A stretch of DNA of 64,000 bases from positions 1 through 64,000 of the IMG/VR virus record IMGVR_UViG_3300037068_000153; one strand, written 5' to 3'. Each line of letters begins with the position of its first letter. Position 1 is the first letter of the stretch. The translations under genes and the position numbers were made by a program. The notes below the pieces were generated by a model. It was not told the origin of the DNA. It saw nothing but the letters and a program-made list of their open reading frames with translations, and did no database searches. Source of the DNA: a virus. This document shows positions 27,730 through 38,852 of this stretch, piece after piece.

Positions 27730-29217
27730 TTAAGTTGACGGCGCGGAGGCGCGAAGGATGGTCGACGGGAGTTGCTTCGTCTGTCCCATCGACGCCTCGA
27801 ACTGCACGCCGGGCGCGCCCGCGTTGTAAGGAATGCCGAGATCCGCGCGCACGCGCGCCTCGAGCTCATCACGCATCCGCACGAGGTCGACGGCGGCGAG
27901 GTGGTCGGTCCAGGTGTACGCGCGGTACTCCCCAGGCGCTCCTTTGTAGAAGTCGACCGTCTCGGCGTAGTCGAGCTCGGTCATATGCAACCGATCGCCC
28001 GATTTCGGGTGCGCGTAGGTCCAAACCCCGGGCGCCGTCTCACGTGATTCGTCGAAGTATGGCGAGCCCGGGTATGGTGTGATCACGGTCGCGTCGAAGT
28101 CGTCAGGCCGCACGCGCAGAAGCCAGCGCTCCGTGTCGGCGACCGTCTCGGCCGACTCACCCGCGTGGCCGAGCGACATGAGCGCCTTGACCTTGAGCCC
28201 CGCGCGCCGCGCCAGCTCGACGGCTCGATCGTTGTCCTCGACAGTGGCCTGCTTTTCGATGTTCGACAAGATTCTCTCGGAGCCCGACTCAAAACCGCAC
28301 AGGAGCCAGCGGAACCCCGCTTCGCGCATGGCGTCGGCCTGGTCCTGCGTGAGGAGCTCGGCCTTGACGAACCCGCGGAGACGAAACTCTGCGCCCAGCC
28401 GCCGCTGCATCGCTGTCAGCCCGCGCATCATGTCGAGCATGCCCTTGGAGACATTCAACTCATCGTCGTAAAACATGAAGCCTCGGTAGCCCATGGCGGC
28501 GAGGTGCTCAACCTCCGCCAGCACATCCTCGGTCGGTCTGAAGCGCACGCGCCGGAGCATCGGCGAGGAGCGCCCGCTGCAGAACGTACATTTGAACGGA
28601 CATCCGAGCTGCGCTACGAGTGTGGTCGCCAGCTCGCCGTCGATGCGGTACTTGTAAGAGCCGAGGTCGAGCAGGTGGCGCGCCGGCCATGGCGCCTGCT
28701 CGAGGCGCTTGCCGAGCAGAAACAGGGGTGATTTCGCGTCGTCGGCATCGACGATGGTGCCGTGCGCTGCGCCGATGGCCTGGAATATCGCCTCTTCACC
28801 GTCGCCCGCCACCACGACGTCGAACTCCCGCTTGAGCTGCTCGAGCGCGCGCCCGGCGCGTCCGCTGGCGCCGGCCTTCTTCACGGCCGCCAACGTTACG
28901 GTCGGGTGCGGACCGCCGACTATGATCTGCGGCCCGGCCATGCCGCGCACATGGCGGATGGCGCGCGCGATCCGCGCCGCCGCGGGCAGCTGCGGAGTGG
29001 TGCAGGTGATGCCGACATACTCGGCTGCTGAGCGGTCAAAGTGCGCCTCGACCGCCTGCTCGAAATTGGAGACACCATCAAGGTCGAGGTGCTCGACGAC
29101 ATGCCCGCGCGCCTCGAGCGCTGCCGCCACCTTCAAGATGCCGAGGTTGGGAAACACGCGTTCGTCGAGCAGAAACACCGACGGCGGCGTGACAAGGCAG
29201 ACGACGGGCTTGGTCAT
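27730..29217 (-). CDS. cobalamin-binding radical SAM enzyme
   Basis: PNLGIL, VGGPHPT, GDGE, CPFKCTFC, FYDDE, GFESGS. Confidence 0.92.
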   Translation of the reverse strand: MTKPVVCLVTPPSVFLLDERVFPNLGILKVAAALEARGHVVEHLDLDGVSNFEQAVEAHFDRSAAEYVGITCTTPQLPAAARIARAIRHVRGMAGPQIIVGGPHPTVTLAAVKKAGASGRAGRALEQLKREFDVVVAGDGEEAIFQAIGAAHGTIVDADDAKSPLFLLGKRLEQAPWPARHLLDLGSYKYRIDGELATTLVAQLGCPFKCTFCSGRSSPMLRRVRFRPTEDVLAEVEHLAAMGYRGFMFYDDELNVSKGMLDMMRGLTAMQRRLGAEFRLRGFVKAELLTQDQADAMREAGFRWLLCGFESGSERILSNIEKQATVEDNDRAVELARRAGLKVKALMSLGHAGESAETVADTERWLLRVRPDDFDATVITPYPGSPYFDESRETAPGVWTYAHPKSGDRLHMTELDYAETVDFYKGAPGEYRAYTWTDHLAAVDLVRMRDELEARVRADLGIPYNAGAPGVQFEASMGQTKQLPSTILRASAPST

Positions 29218-29426
29218 GATCGTAGATCCGCTAAAAGAGCATCTTCTAATAGGATTCGCCACTCGTCGTCGATCCAGTACTGACGCAATTTTTTCAATGC
29301 GTCATACGAGTCTTCAGGGCGCAGACAGCCGGGACGTAGCCCTGTGCGATTGTCGCGTAATCGCGATTCCATCCGGTACCATATGCAAGCGCTCATCGGT
29401 AATCCGGCTGCCCAACGTTCGATCAT
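29214..29426 (-). CDS. small hypothetical protein
   Basis: Coupled on both sides. Confidence 0.5.
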   Translation of the reverse strand: MIERWAAGLPMSACIWYRMESRLRDNRTGLRPGCLRPEDSYDALKKLRQYWIDDEWRILLEDALLADLRS

Positions 29427-30115
29427 ATATTCGCCTTGTAGAAAGCGTGGCGCACCACCGAGCCGGGTGCATGACGCATAGGGCCGTACTCGACGTAGCC
29501 GAGCCCGAGCGACCGTAGGAAGCGCGACACGTCCACGGCGATCGTCGGGATGTGCTGCTCGTGCAGCTCGATGAGTAGCTGCGGGCGCCAGCTCCGCAGC
29601 GCCTGCTCCGCGCCGCGCAGCACGCCCAGCTCCGCCCCCTCGACGTCGAGCTTGACCCAGTCGACGCGCTCGACCCCGGGCCGCTCCGCCAGCCACGAGT
29701 CGAGCGAGCGCACGCGGAGCCACGGGGATACGCCGGCGACCGAAGCGCTGTCGCCCGCGAACTGGCAATGGTCCGGGTCGAACCAGCCGTCGTGCTCATG
29801 CAGCCCGTCGCGTGTGATCAGGCAACGCCGCGCCAGCTCGGGGTTGAGCTCGAGGTTCTTGCGCAGGAGCTCCGTGTCGAAGTCGGCCGGCGAGAAGCAG
29901 ATCACGCGCGCGCCGTCGCGGAGCGCGGGCAACGCATAGCTGCCGAAGGCGGCGCCGACGTCGAGCACGACCTGCCCACGGCCGGGCTTCCACCACAGAT
30001 CGCGCACCGATTGCTCGTCGTCGAACGACCACCAGCTGGAATGGTCAGCGGGCGTGCCCGCCACTTCCGCGAATCGAAACCCGTGCTTGGTGTGGATTTT
30101 GGCGACCGTCAACAT
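29423..30115 (-). CDS. FkbM-family methyltransferase
   Basis: VLDVGAAFG, VKLDVEGAELGVLRGA, LLIELH. Confidence 0.9.
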   Translation of the reverse strand: MLTVAKIHTKHGFRFAEVAGTPADHSSWWSFDDEQSVRDLWWKPGRGQVVLDVGAAFGSYALPALRDGARVICFSPADFDTELLRKNLELNPELARRCLITRDGLHEHDGWFDPDHCQFAGDSASVAGVSPWLRVRSLDSWLAERPGVERVDWVKLDVEGAELGVLRGAEQALRSWRPQLLIELHEQHIPTIAVDVSRFLRSLGLGYVEYGPMRHAPGSVVRHAFYKANI

Positions 30116-30152
30116 GTGTCACAATTGAGCATGGGCGCACTCGATCGTGCAA
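30114..30152 (-). promoter_or_regulatory. late-class promoter/operator (TTGCAC ... ATTGTGACAC-ATG)
   Basis: 12-nt identity with 57567-57578; same geometry as 41998-42034. Confidence 0.6.
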
Positions 30153-30159
30153 GTCCTTC

Positions 30160-33100
30160 CTACCCGTTGATGTGGTAGCTGACGGTGTAGTAGCCGAGCC
30201 CGCTCGGCGTGTTGACGTTGCCGGCGCCCGCGAGCAGCGTCCAGGTCACCGACGTGCGGTTGCAGACCGACTGGAAGATGGTCGGCAGCGCGGCCGTGGC
30301 CGAGCACGGCGAGACGAGGTTGGCGTCCACCTGCGCGAACGTGCGCGGGCCGCCGGGCCAGTCGAAGCGGATGGTGGGATTGTTCGTGTACCCCGTCGTG
30401 CCCAGGCGCACCGTGAACTGGCCATAGCTGTCCGTGCCGGTGAACGCGGTCAAGCCCCACCCGGTGGCTGTGCCATAGGCCGCGCCCAGTGCCACGCCCG
30501 TGAAGTTGCCGGTCCCGATGGCGGCACCGGCCGACAAGTCGAGCCGCTGCGCCTTCAGGTACGGGTTGGCCTGGATGCCCGTGCTGGTGACGGCGAGGTA
30601 GTTGGTATTGCCGTTGACGTCCTGCACGGCGAAGATCGGCCCGGTCGCCACGCCGCCGCCCATATCGCGCACCAGCAGGCCGTACCAGCCCGTCGGACCG
30701 ACGCCGATGACCTGCGGACCGCTCGCCCCATTGGCGTACGCGTCCTGAAGCGAGCCCGCCAGATCAGTCGAGTACCAGCTGGTGGCGCCGTCGGAGACCA
30801 CCATCATGCCGCCGTAGCGCGCCGTCAATGTGAGCCCGGTCGCACCGTTGACGCGGTCGGCGGTAGCTCCCGTCGAGACCGACAGCATGAAGCCGAGCGG
30901 GTTGGCGGAGATGTCCTGGACGCGGATCATCTGCCCGGGGATGAACGTGTTTGCCGCGGGCAGGTGCACGCGGCGCAGGCCCGAGGCGCCCGTCAGGCCG
31001 ATGAAGTGGTCAGTGGCGGCCGCGATCGTGTAGGGCGCACCCGTGGGCGACGCCTTCGCCGTGGCGCCGGCCGACAGGGGGCCCGCGCCATAGAGGCCAC
31101 CCCAGCGCAGCGCGGTGGACCCTACGGTGTTGCTCACCGTACCGTCTGCCGCTGGCACGACGTGGCCGCTGAAGGTAGATTGCAAAGCACGAATATCGAG
31201 CATCACCGTCGAGAATGCGGCCGTCAGGATCTGGAGGATATCGCCGCCGACTGCGATCTGGAGGTTGCTCGCTTGGATGATCTGCGTAGTCGCGGCCAAG
31301 ATCGAGTTGACGAGCTTGACCAGGACGGCCGCCCCGTTGATGTCCGTCGCCATGACTAGCTGCGGGTAACCGAGGTCGACACGGTTGACCAACTGGGCGT
31401 AGTTATTGCCCGTGCCGACCAGAGCCCCGGCGAGCGCCGCGCCCGTCGGGTACACGGCGAGGTAGTTAGTCGCGCCCGAGACGCCCTGCACCTGGAATAG
31501 CGGCCCGGTGGCGCCGCCCGAGTAGTCCTGGATGATCACGCCCAGTCGACCGCTCGTCGTCGGCCCGAGCGCGATGAACTGCGGCCCGGTGGCGCCGGCG
31601 AGGTAGGCGCCCTGCAGCGTGGTCGGCGTCCCACCGCCGCCACCGCCTGCCGGGCCCTGCGGCCCCGTAGGCCCCGTGGCCCCGGTGACGCCTTGCGCGC
31701 CCTGGGGTCCAGTAGGCCCCGTGGGCCCGGTGACACCCTGGGCGCCCGTCGGCCCCGTGGCCCCGGTGACACCTTGGGCGCCCGTCGGACCGGTCGCGCC
31801 GGTGACGCCCGTCGTGCCGGCCGGGCCGGTCGGTCCCGTCGCGCCCGTGACGCCAGTAGCGCCGACAGGGCCGGTAGGCCCGAGCGAGGCGAACCAGTTG
31901 GACGCGCCGTCGCTCGTCAGAGACCAATTGGCATACGCCACCGTCGAGGTGACCCCCGTGGCGCCGTTGACCCGGTCGGCGCCGGCGGACTTGATCGCCA
32001 GCGCGTTGCCACCGCCGCCGACGTCGCGGACGGCGAGCATCTGCCCTGCGTATAACTGCGCCGCCGCGGGCAACTGGACGATGCGATCGCCCGAGGCGCC
32101 GGTGACGCCGACGCCAAAGTTGCGCGCGCTCGCCGTCCACCCGCTGGCGGCGCCCATAGCCACCTGCGTCCAGCCTCCGCCGAGCCCGGCCTGGTTGTAG
32201 AGTCCGAGCCAGCGCAGGTTGGTGGCGCCGAGTGGTGCGCCACCGTCCGCCAGCGGGCGCACGGGGACGGTCGTGTCGATGCGCGCCCCGTCCATGATCG
32301 GCGCCTGCGCACCGACCTGCAGCGCGCCGACCTGCACGCCCGACGGCGCCATGGCCCAGTAACTGGTCGAGCCTGAGGCGTCCTGGCCGGCGAACATGAC
32401 GCCGCCGGTCGTGCCGCCGCTGGCGTCGCGGATGACGACGCCGAACTTGAGCGCGCTCGTTGGGCCCAGCGCAATGAACTGCTGCCCGCTCGAGCCCGCG
32501 TTGTACGCCTGCTGCAGTGGAACGGCGCCGCCAGCGGGGCCCGTCGTGCCGGTGACGCCTTGGATACCCTGGCTGCCCGTCGCGCCAGCCGGCCCCGTCG
32601 GACCGGTCGCGCCAGCTGGGCCAGTCGGCCCGGTAGCACCGGTGACACCTTGGATACCCTGGGCGCCAGCCCCCGTGGGTCCCGTTGCGCCAGCGGGCCC
32701 CGTGGGGCCAGTAGCTCCCGTAACGCCTTGCGCACCTTGGGATCCGGCGGGGCCAGTCGGACCGGTCGCGCCCGCTGGGCCCGTAGGTCCAGTAGCACCC
32801 GTGACTCCCTGGGTTCCCTGCGCGCCCGCTGGCCCGGTGGCTCCCGTGCTACCTGCCGCACCCGCAACGCCCGCTGGGCCGGTGGGTCCCGTCGCCCCCG
32901 TGGCGCCTTGCACGCCTGCCGGGCCGGTCGCTCCTACTGGTCCGGTAGCGCCCGCTGCACCAGCGCTTCCCGCGGGCCCCGTAGGTCCGGTGGCACCGGT
33001 CGCGCCCGCGGCTCCCGTAGGGCCGGGCGGACCGCCGGCGGGGCCCGTAGGTCCGGTCGTGCCATCGATGCCCCGAGTGCCTGTGGCGCCCATTGGCCCG

Positions 33101-33618
33101 GTAGGTCCAGCTGGGCCCGTCGCGCCCTGCGCACCGGTGGCGCCCTGGGAGAAGGGCAGCTGCGCGGGCAGCGGATCGACCACGGGCGGGATGGGCAGGA
33201 GGAGCTCGGACAAGTACAAGATCGACGGCGGCACGAGCTGGTAGATCGCGCCCGCCACACCATAGCGGCCAGCGTTGTCAATGAAGGTAACGTCGTGCTG
33301 GCCGATGACGTTCGAGTTGCCGGTGCCGCCGGACTGATCGGTGTCCTCGGTGACGAAGGCGAAGGTGGCGAGCCCGTTGGCGGCGTCGACGAGTGTGCCC
33401 GCGCGGACGAAGATGGAGTTGCCGGTGCCGTCCGCCACTGTCCAGACGACGGCGCCGCCAGTCAGGTTGAGGCGCGAGCCGTCGGAGCGAAAACAGGTGA
33501 TGGCGACCGAACCGGATGCGGCCCGCTGGAACGTGCGTTGCTGCTGTGACTGGCGGAGCGCGCCCGAGCCCGCCCCGTCCTCGAGTACACCGGTAAGCGG
33601 GGGTAGGACAATCGCCAT
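30160..33618 (-). CDS. collagen-like virion fibre (G-X-T repeats) with BppU-like N-terminus and repeated globular domains
   Basis: Long (GPT/GAT/GVT)n tracts; two LPAA..GQ..D..NG..SDG..W domains; repeated LQ.AY motifs. Confidence 0.85.
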   Translation of the reverse strand: MAIVLPPLTGVLEDGAGSGALRQSQQQRTFQRAASGSVAITCFRSDGSRLNLTGGAVVWTVADGTGNSIFVRAGTLVDAANGLATFAFVTEDTDQSGGTGNSNVIGQHDVTFIDNAGRYGVAGAIYQLVPPSILYLSELLLPIPPVVDPLPAQLPFSQGATGAQGATGPAGPTGPMGATGTRGIDGTTGPTGPAGGPPGPTGAAGATGATGPTGPAGSAGAAGATGPVGATGPAGVQGATGATGPTGPAGVAGAAGSTGATGPAGAQGTQGVTGATGPTGPAGATGPTGPAGSQGAQGVTGATGPTGPAGATGPTGAGAQGIQGVTGATGPTGPAGATGPTGPAGATGSQGIQGVTGTTGPAGGAVPLQQAYNAGSSGQQFIALGPTSALKFGVVIRDASGGTTGGVMFAGQDASGSTSYWAMAPSGVQVGALQVGAQAPIMDGARIDTTVPVRPLADGGAPLGATNLRWLGLYNQAGLGGGWTQVAMGAASGWTASARNFGVGVTGASGDRIVQLPAAAQLYAGQMLAVRDVGGGGNALAIKSAGADRVNGATGVTSTVAYANWSLTSDGASNWFASLGPTGPVGATGVTGATGPTGPAGTTGVTGATGPTGAQGVTGATGPTGAQGVTGPTGPTGPQGAQGVTGATGPTGPQGPAGGGGGGTPTTLQGAYLAGATGPQFIALGPTTSGRLGVIIQDYSGGATGPLFQVQGVSGATNYLAVYPTGAALAGALVGTGNNYAQLVNRVDLGYPQLVMATDINGAAVLVKLVNSILAATTQIIQASNLQIAVGGDILQILTAAFSTVMLDIRALQSTFSGHVVPAADGTVSNTVGSTALRWGGLYGAGPLSAGATAKASPTGAPYTIAAATDHFIGLTGASGLRRVHLPAANTFIPGQMIRVQDISANPLGFMLSVSTGATADRVNGATGLTLTARYGGMMVVSDGATSWYSTDLAGSLQDAYANGASGPQVIGVGPTGWYGLLVRDMGGGVATGPIFAVQDVNGNTNYLAVTSTGIQANPYLKAQRLDLSAGAAIGTGNFTGVALGAAYGTATGWGLTAFTGTDSYGQFTVRLGTTGYTNNPTIRFDWPGGPRTFAQVDANLVSPCSATAALPTIFQSVCNRTSVTWTLLAGAGNVNTPSGLGYYTVSYHING

Positions 33619-33630
33619 TACGTGATTCTA

Positions 33631-35796
33631 CTACGTTCGCGCGAGGAGGCGCTCCCACAACTCCGCCACCTTGTGGCGGCTGTGGGCCTGGGCATGAGCG
33701 CACATGGCGTCGGGCGTGCAGAGCTGGCCTTGGAGCACGGCCGCGATCGTCTCGACCCATGCTGACAATTTCTCGCCGGGACGCCCCGGGATTTTGATCG
33801 CCGCGTGGCCATGCACCTCCGCCAACGCGTCGGCGTCGGAGATGATGGGCTGGCACCCAGCCGCGCATGCATCGAGGACAGAGCAGCCAAAGCCCTCCGT
33901 GTAGCGCACCGGGTCGCACGGGTACGCCAGCACAGTCGCCATGCGCAACTGCCGCGCCATCTCCCGGTTGGCGACCGGCCCGACGACCTCGATACCCCAG
34001 CCTGACGACAGAGTGCGCAGCGCCTCCTCGATGAAGCGCGCCCGGCGACCGACCTCGTCGGGCAGGTCACGCGCGCGATCGAGCCACGGCGCCAACCGGT
34101 AGAAGATCTTGAGCTCAGCTTCGGGCACGCGCGCCCGCACGGCGGGCCACATGGCGAGCAGGTGGTGCAGGCCGCGGTCGGGGGAGCTGCACCAGACGAC
34201 GCGGTTGGTGACGCTCGGGTACGCCGAGCCGAATGCGAACAGGTCGATGTCGACGCTGTTGGGAATGATAGCGTGCATGCGCGCATCCCTCGCGTGCTCC
34301 ATGACCTCATCGACGGCGTGGTGTTGGCGCGACGACTCCGACGGGAACACGGCCATGTCCGTCAGCATCTTCCAGTTGGGATTTCGGCAGTAGCCCCAGT
34401 CGTTGAGCTGCTGGTCGACGACGCGGAAGACGCCCGGCGGCGCGTGCGCCAGGTAGTCGGGCTCGTTCCACGCCACCACCGCATCGAGTCCGGGCACGTT
34501 GCGCAGCCCCTGTACGGCCTGGATCGGCAGCATGTGCGCGCCCGACTCGTGCTCGTGCGCGGCGACGGCGGGCGCCAGCACGATGACCTCATGCCCGCGC
34601 TCGGCCAACGTGCGCGCGAGGTTGAAGAAGCTGCCCTCGCTTCCGGTCAGCGCGGCGTCGCCGAGCTTGGCGAAGTCGAACGGGCCGTGAATGGCCGAGC
34701 TGAACTCGCCGTAGATCATCGCCACGCGGAGCTTGCGCGGTAGCACCGACAGCTTGCCGGGCGCCGTGCCCTCGTCGGAGAACTCGGCCGCAGTAGAGGT
34801 GAGCTCCGGCACCACCGGCGGGGAGACCGGGGGTAGGTCAGCGGCGGCGCCGGAGCTCGAGAGCAGGATAGCACGGCGCTCCCGAAGGCTCCATTTGTTG
34901 ACCGACGGGTAGCCGGCCGCCCGCTTGGAGTGCCAGATCTTCTCGTTCTCGCGCACGCCGCGCAGCCGCTTGAGCATCGGGAAGATACCGCGCGGGTTGG
35001 CGACCTCGACGACGAGCGAGGGGTCGAGAAACCACTGCACCCCGGCGGCACTCGTCAGGCGCGCGGCGAAGTCGGAGTCTTGGTAACCGTGTCCGCCGTC
35101 GAGGTCCTCGTCGAAGCCGTTGACCTCCAAACAGCGCTCGAGCCGCACCGACTCGCCCTTGGCGTGGAAGAAGACGGAGTCGATGGGCCCGGCCGCCATA
35201 CGTAGCTTGGGGTCGGCGTCCGCCGTCGCGCGCCCGCCGCCATCCACGGTGTGCCCGGCGTCGGCGCGCTCGGACGGCTGACCGATAGAGACCATCCAGT
35301 CGTCGAGATATCCGCGTTCGAGGTCGCGCTGGTAGCGCTCCAGGTCGGACGCGGCATAGCGCAGGTTGAACTTCGCGGCTATCTCCAGCGCCACGTAGCG
35401 GTGCGGTGACATGAGCCCGGCGCGGCCGACGCTCGCGTCCGCGCGATGGAAGGCGGCGTGCAGCGCCAGCAGCCTCGGCGGCGGCCGTGAATAGTCGGTC
35501 AGGAACAGCGCCACTTCGCCCGACGCCGCAGCCAGCCCCGCGTTGGCGCAGGCGCAGTAACTGGCGACGGGGAAGGGATTGGTCCGGGGCTCGACGTGCA
35601 CGACGCGCAGGAAGCGGTCGCGCGCCTCCTCCGCCACCTTGGCGGCGCGGTGGCGCTTGAGCACGTCGACCAGCACCAGCTCGAAGTCGGTGTGCGTCTG
35701 CGCGGCAAGCGCGTCGAGCAGCACGTCGACGCCGCCGGCACGGTAGGTCGGGACGATGACGGAGAGGAAAGGCACGACTACTTCCGACCCCGCCAA
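33631..35796 (-). CDS. fused GT2 + GT4 glycosyltransferase
   Basis: LSVIVPT, ELVLVD, NGFDE..GYQDSDF (GT-A), then LTGSE, SSPDRGL, EGFGCS..A.A.G (GT-B). Confidence 0.9.
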   Translation of the reverse strand: MAGSEVVVPFLSVIVPTYRAGGVDVLLDALAAQTHTDFELVLVDVLKRHRAAKVAEEARDRFLRVVHVEPRTNPFPVASYCACANAGLAAASGEVALFLTDYSRPPPRLLALHAAFHRADASVGRAGLMSPHRYVALEIAAKFNLRYAASDLERYQRDLERGYLDDWMVSIGQPSERADAGHTVDGGGRATADADPKLRMAAGPIDSVFFHAKGESVRLERCLEVNGFDEDLDGGHGYQDSDFAARLTSAAGVQWFLDPSLVVEVANPRGIFPMLKRLRGVRENEKIWHSKRAAGYPSVNKWSLRERRAILLSSSGAAADLPPVSPPVVPELTSTAAEFSDEGTAPGKLSVLPRKLRVAMIYGEFSSAIHGPFDFAKLGDAALTGSEGSFFNLARTLAERGHEVIVLAPAVAAHEHESGAHMLPIQAVQGLRNVPGLDAVVAWNEPDYLAHAPPGVFRVVDQQLNDWGYCRNPNWKMLTDMAVFPSESSRQHHAVDEVMEHARDARMHAIIPNSVDIDLFAFGSAYPSVTNRVVWCSSPDRGLHHLLAMWPAVRARVPEAELKIFYRLAPWLDRARDLPDEVGRRARFIEEALRTLSSGWGIEVVGPVANREMARQLRMATVLAYPCDPVRYTEGFGCSVLDACAAGCQPIISDADALAEVHGHAAIKIPGRPGEKLSAWVETIAAVLQGQLCTPDAMCAHAQAHSRHKVAELWERLLART

Positions 35797-36080
35797 TCAT
35801 CGATCTCCGCGAGCCGCTTCTCCAGCTCTGCGACGCGCTCCTCCAACTTCACCTTCTCCGGGTCAGCGCAATCGGGCGTCTTCATGAGCGCATCGAGTTT
35901 CCTGGCGGCGGCGACCGCCTCCTTGAAATCGGCGATCAGCTTGCGCAGCTCTTCCATGTCAATCAACGGCTGGAGAATTTTCGTCCAGTCTGTTGGTGAC
36001 GCTCGCAAAACGTCGAGACCATCGACAGGCGCCGGGAAGAGAGGCTTGTAGTAGTCCATCACGTTGGAGATGACGCACAT
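35778..36080 (-). CDS. hypothetical protein
   Basis: AGGAG RBS; MCVIS..., PDCADPEK. Confidence 0.7.
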   Translation of the reverse strand: MCVISNVMDYYKPLFPAPVDGLDVLRASPTDWTKILQPLIDMEELRKLIADFKEAVAAARKLDALMKTPDCADPEKVKLEERVAELEKRLAEIDDWRGRK

Positions 36081-36091
36081 TGCTCGCGCTC

Positions 36092-36712
36092 CTACTTGAG
36101 AGTTTCGAGGGTCAGTTCGTACCAGACCGCCGGCCCATGCACGTTGATCCGCTGCGCCTTCGGGAAGCCGTGCGCCGCCAGCGCCTCGCGCAGCGTCTCC
36201 TCCGTGTAACCGGCGCAGTGCTTGTCAAAGTCGGCCAACGTCTGCTGCTCCTCGTGCACGCCGCAAACCGCGCAGGGCACAAAGGCTGCGCTTCGCCCCT
36301 CGTGCTGCATCCGCGCGCGGGCGGCCTGGCACGAGAGGCAATCGCGCAGGGGCAGCGCTCCCTGCTCTCCCCAGACCAGCTCCGCCAGCCGCGGGTCGCG
36401 CGGGTCGGCCAGCCATCGGCGCATGACCTCGCGCATGTCCACCTCGCCCACGACCAACCGGCCGCCCGGGCGCAGCACGCGGCGGACGTCGTCGAGCACG
36501 CGGCCGTGGTGGTGTGGGGCGAGGTGCAGGAGGAGGTACCCGGCGTAGACCTCGACCACAGACTCATCGGGGAAGGGGATATCCTGTGAGCGCGCGTCCC
36601 AGACGACATCGCAGCCGCGCCGCGCCAGCGGCCACTTGGCGACCACGTCGAGGTTGACCCAACCGTCGCGAATGTCGGTCCCGCTGGCGAGGTTAAGGCG
36701 CAGCGGCTGCAT
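36092..36712 (-). CDS. class I SAM-dependent methyltransferase with a CxxC..CxxC insertion
   Basis: RLNLASG, GWVNLD, PFPDESV, RRVLRPGG. Confidence 0.85.
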   Translation of the reverse strand: MQPLRLNLASGTDIRDGWVNLDVVAKWPLARRGCDVVWDARSQDIPFPDESVVEVYAGYLLLHLAPHHHGRVLDDVRRVLRPGGRLVVGEVDMREVMRRWLADPRDPRLAELVWGEQGALPLRDCLSCQAARARMQHEGRSAAFVPCAVCGVHEEQQTLADFDKHCAGYTEETLREALAAHGFPKAQRINVHGPAVWYELTLETLK

Positions 36713-36960
36713 CAATTCACCTTCTTTTCGTCGACGGCTCGCAGCGCCCGCGACATACGCACCTGCGCCTCGTATTGCTTCCAGTTGAGCGCGATGGCGT
36801 CGTCGGTAAGTTTGCTTTGTCGCTCGTGCGCGGCTAACCAAAAATCGCACTGCTGACGCCAGAAATCGCGATCCTTCTGGTCGTCCCTTCGCCACTGGTA
36901 CTCGCGCCACCAGCACAGGACGGAGACGCAAAGGCATAAGAGCATGAATTCGCGCGACAC
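36712..36960 (-). CDS. small membrane-anchored protein
   Basis: N-terminal hydrophobic helix; coupled genes. Confidence 0.55.
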   Translation of the reverse strand: MSREFMLLCLCVSVLCWWREYQWRRDDQKDRDFWRQQCDFWLAAHERQSKLTDDAIALNWKQYEAQVRMSRALRAVDEKKVN

Positions 36961-37770
36961 CTACTTCGTCTCCGGCGGCAGCCACTGCTTGCGGCCGCCC
37001 GCGTGCAAGAGGACGTTGTTGACGCCCTCGCACGCCTCGAGCACGCGCTGCGGGACGCCCTGCATGCGGCCCAGCTCGACGAGCGCGCGCATGTCCTTAG
37101 GGAAGCACGTCCCGCCGTAGCCGCGATAGCCGTCGGTGTCGACGTCGAGGTAACCGGGGCCGACGCGCGGGTCGGCCTCCGCCATGCGCTTGACCTCGTT
37201 GTATGAGACGCCCATCGCCTCGCACAGGTCGAAGATCTGATTGGCGAACGTGATACGCATCGACAGGAAGCAGTTGGAGAAGTACTTGACGAACTCCGCT
37301 TGCCGCCGCGTGGCCACCGACGTGAACGGCGCGCGCGGCAGGATGGCGAGCACGTCCCGGGCGGCAGCGTCCTGGCCCGAGCCGCAGCCGACGATCTGCC
37401 GGTCGGGCTCGACGAAATCCTGGTAGGCACAGCGCTCGCGCAAGAACTCGGGGTTGAAGAGCAAGGTATGCTGAGGGAATTTCTCTTGGAGGTAGTCGGT
37501 CGTCCCCGGCAGCACAGTAGACTTGACCACCACCACCTTGGACCCTGGCACTACCGCCACCGCCGCGCGCACGAACGAGTCGTCGAACCCGTCGGGCCCA
37601 TACGGTGTCGGGACGCAGACGAAGGCAACGTCGACGCGCTCGAGGTCCGCCACCACGCCGATGCCCTTGGGCGGGTCGTACTCGACGACGGTAAAACGTG
37701 CATCACCCTTGAAGTAGCGCGAGACGGCGCCGCCCACGAAGCCGACGCCCATGATGCCGATTGTTCTCAT
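36961..37770 (-). CDS. ugd: UDP-glucose/GDP-mannose dehydrogenase family, short form lacking the C-terminal domain
   Basis: GVGFVG, CVPTP, KSTVLPGT, FNPEFL, KY..N, GYGGTCFPKD. Confidence 0.9.
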   Translation of the reverse strand: MRTIGIMGVGFVGGAVSRYFKGDARFTVVEYDPPKGIGVVADLERVDVAFVCVPTPYGPDGFDDSFVRAAVAVVPGSKVVVVKSTVLPGTTDYLQEKFPQHTLLFNPEFLRERCAYQDFVEPDRQIVGCGSGQDAAARDVLAILPRAPFTSVATRRQAEFVKYFSNCFLSMRITFANQIFDLCEAMGVSYNEVKRMAEADPRVGPGYLDVDTDGYRGYGGTCFPKDMRALVELGRMQGVPQRVLEACEGVNNVLLHAGGRKQWLPPETK

Positions 37771-38852
37771 TTGACCCCCTCGTAGACCTTCTGCAGCTCC
37801 GTCTCGTTCTCCGCCGCCCAGCGCAGCACACGGTCCGAGCCCTCCTCGACGTTGACCAACGGGCGCCAGCCCGTCGCTTCCGTGAAGCGCGAGTGATCGA
37901 CAAACACGAGCTGATCTTCGTGCTTGCGGCCGGGCGCCTCAACAATCCTGCAGCCCGTCATCCCCTGCACCTTGATCGCCATGCGCATCACGCTGGTGAC
38001 GTTCTTGTACCCGCCGCCGATGTTGAACACCTTGCCCGTGATCGACTTGTCCATCTTCGCGTCGATCTCAGACCACGACGTCGAGAGGACGCGTTCTGCC
38101 TGGAGGTTTCGAATAGCCGCCCAGCACGCGCTGGCGACGTCCGAGCCGTAGAGCATGTCGCGCGCCTGCGCGCCACCGCCCTGTACTTCGATATCTCGCC
38201 CCATGGCGCCAGCGATGCAGAACCACGTCAGCCACCCGTGGCGCGGGCCGTGGCACGGCGCTGGGCCGTAGAGGTTCGAGCAACGCAGCGTGACGACGGG
38301 CAGGTCGTACGAGCGCGCCCACGCCATGGCGAGCATCGACTGCGCCGCCTTCGATGCGGCGTAGGGCTCGTCGGGGGCGAGCTGATCGGTTTCCTTTAGT
38401 CCACCATGCCATTGCATCTGGCTGGACTGCTGTCCGCAAAGCGGATCGCCATCTTGATCCAAGAAGCCAGAGGTTGCATACGGCTTCACGCTCGACAGCA
38501 CGACCGTCGGCAGTGGGTGCTTACGGAGCGCGTCGAGCAGCACTTTGGTGGCGTCGACGTTCGAGGCCCAGTCGTCGTCGGGGTGGAGCGCGCTGTGTGG
38601 GATGCCGGTCGATGCGGCGGCGTGGATGACGGCGTCGCAGTACGGAAGGATATCGCGGAGTGAATTCGCGCTGTATTCTAGGCAATCAAAATGGATTTCA
38701 GGATCATATTTTAACCGTAACTGATTCGCGATCCACTGGTTTCGTTCTTCTGCAGCCGAATCGATGATGACAACCTCGTGTCCCTCATCGAATAGTGAGC
38801 GCGCGATCTGCGAGCCAATGCACCCGAGCCCTCCCGTCACGAGCACTCTCAT
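37767..38852 (-). CDS. NAD-dependent sugar epimerase/dehydratase (CDP-paratose 2-epimerase-like)
   Basis: TGGLGCIG, HAAA, YAASK, NLYGP..GWLTWF, FNIGGG. Confidence 0.88.
   Translation of the reverse strand: MRVLVTGGLGCIGSQIARSLFDEGHEVVIIDSAAEERNQWIANQLRLKYDPEIHFDCLEYSANSLRDILPYCDAVIHAAASTGIPHSALHPDDDWASNVDATKVLLDALRKHPLPTVVLSSVKPYATSGFLDQDGDPLCGQQSSQMQWHGGLKETDQLAPDEPYAASKAAQSMLAMAWARSYDLPVVTLRCSNLYGPAPCHGPRHGWLTWFCIAGAMGRDIEVQGGGAQARDMLYGSDVASACWAAIRNLQAERVLSTSWSEIDAKMDKSITGKVFNIGGGYKNVTSVMRMAIKVQGMTGCRIVEAPGRKHEDQLVFVDHSRFTEATGWRPLVNVEEGSDRVLRWAAENETELQKVYEGVK

Noticed and set aside
32530-33150. 9/18-nt periodic repeats (also 31640-31880 and 42420-43065) as CRISPR or DGR repeats
   Set aside because: Explained by collagen G-X-Y codons with synonymous variation; no unique spacers; no reverse transcriptase in the window.
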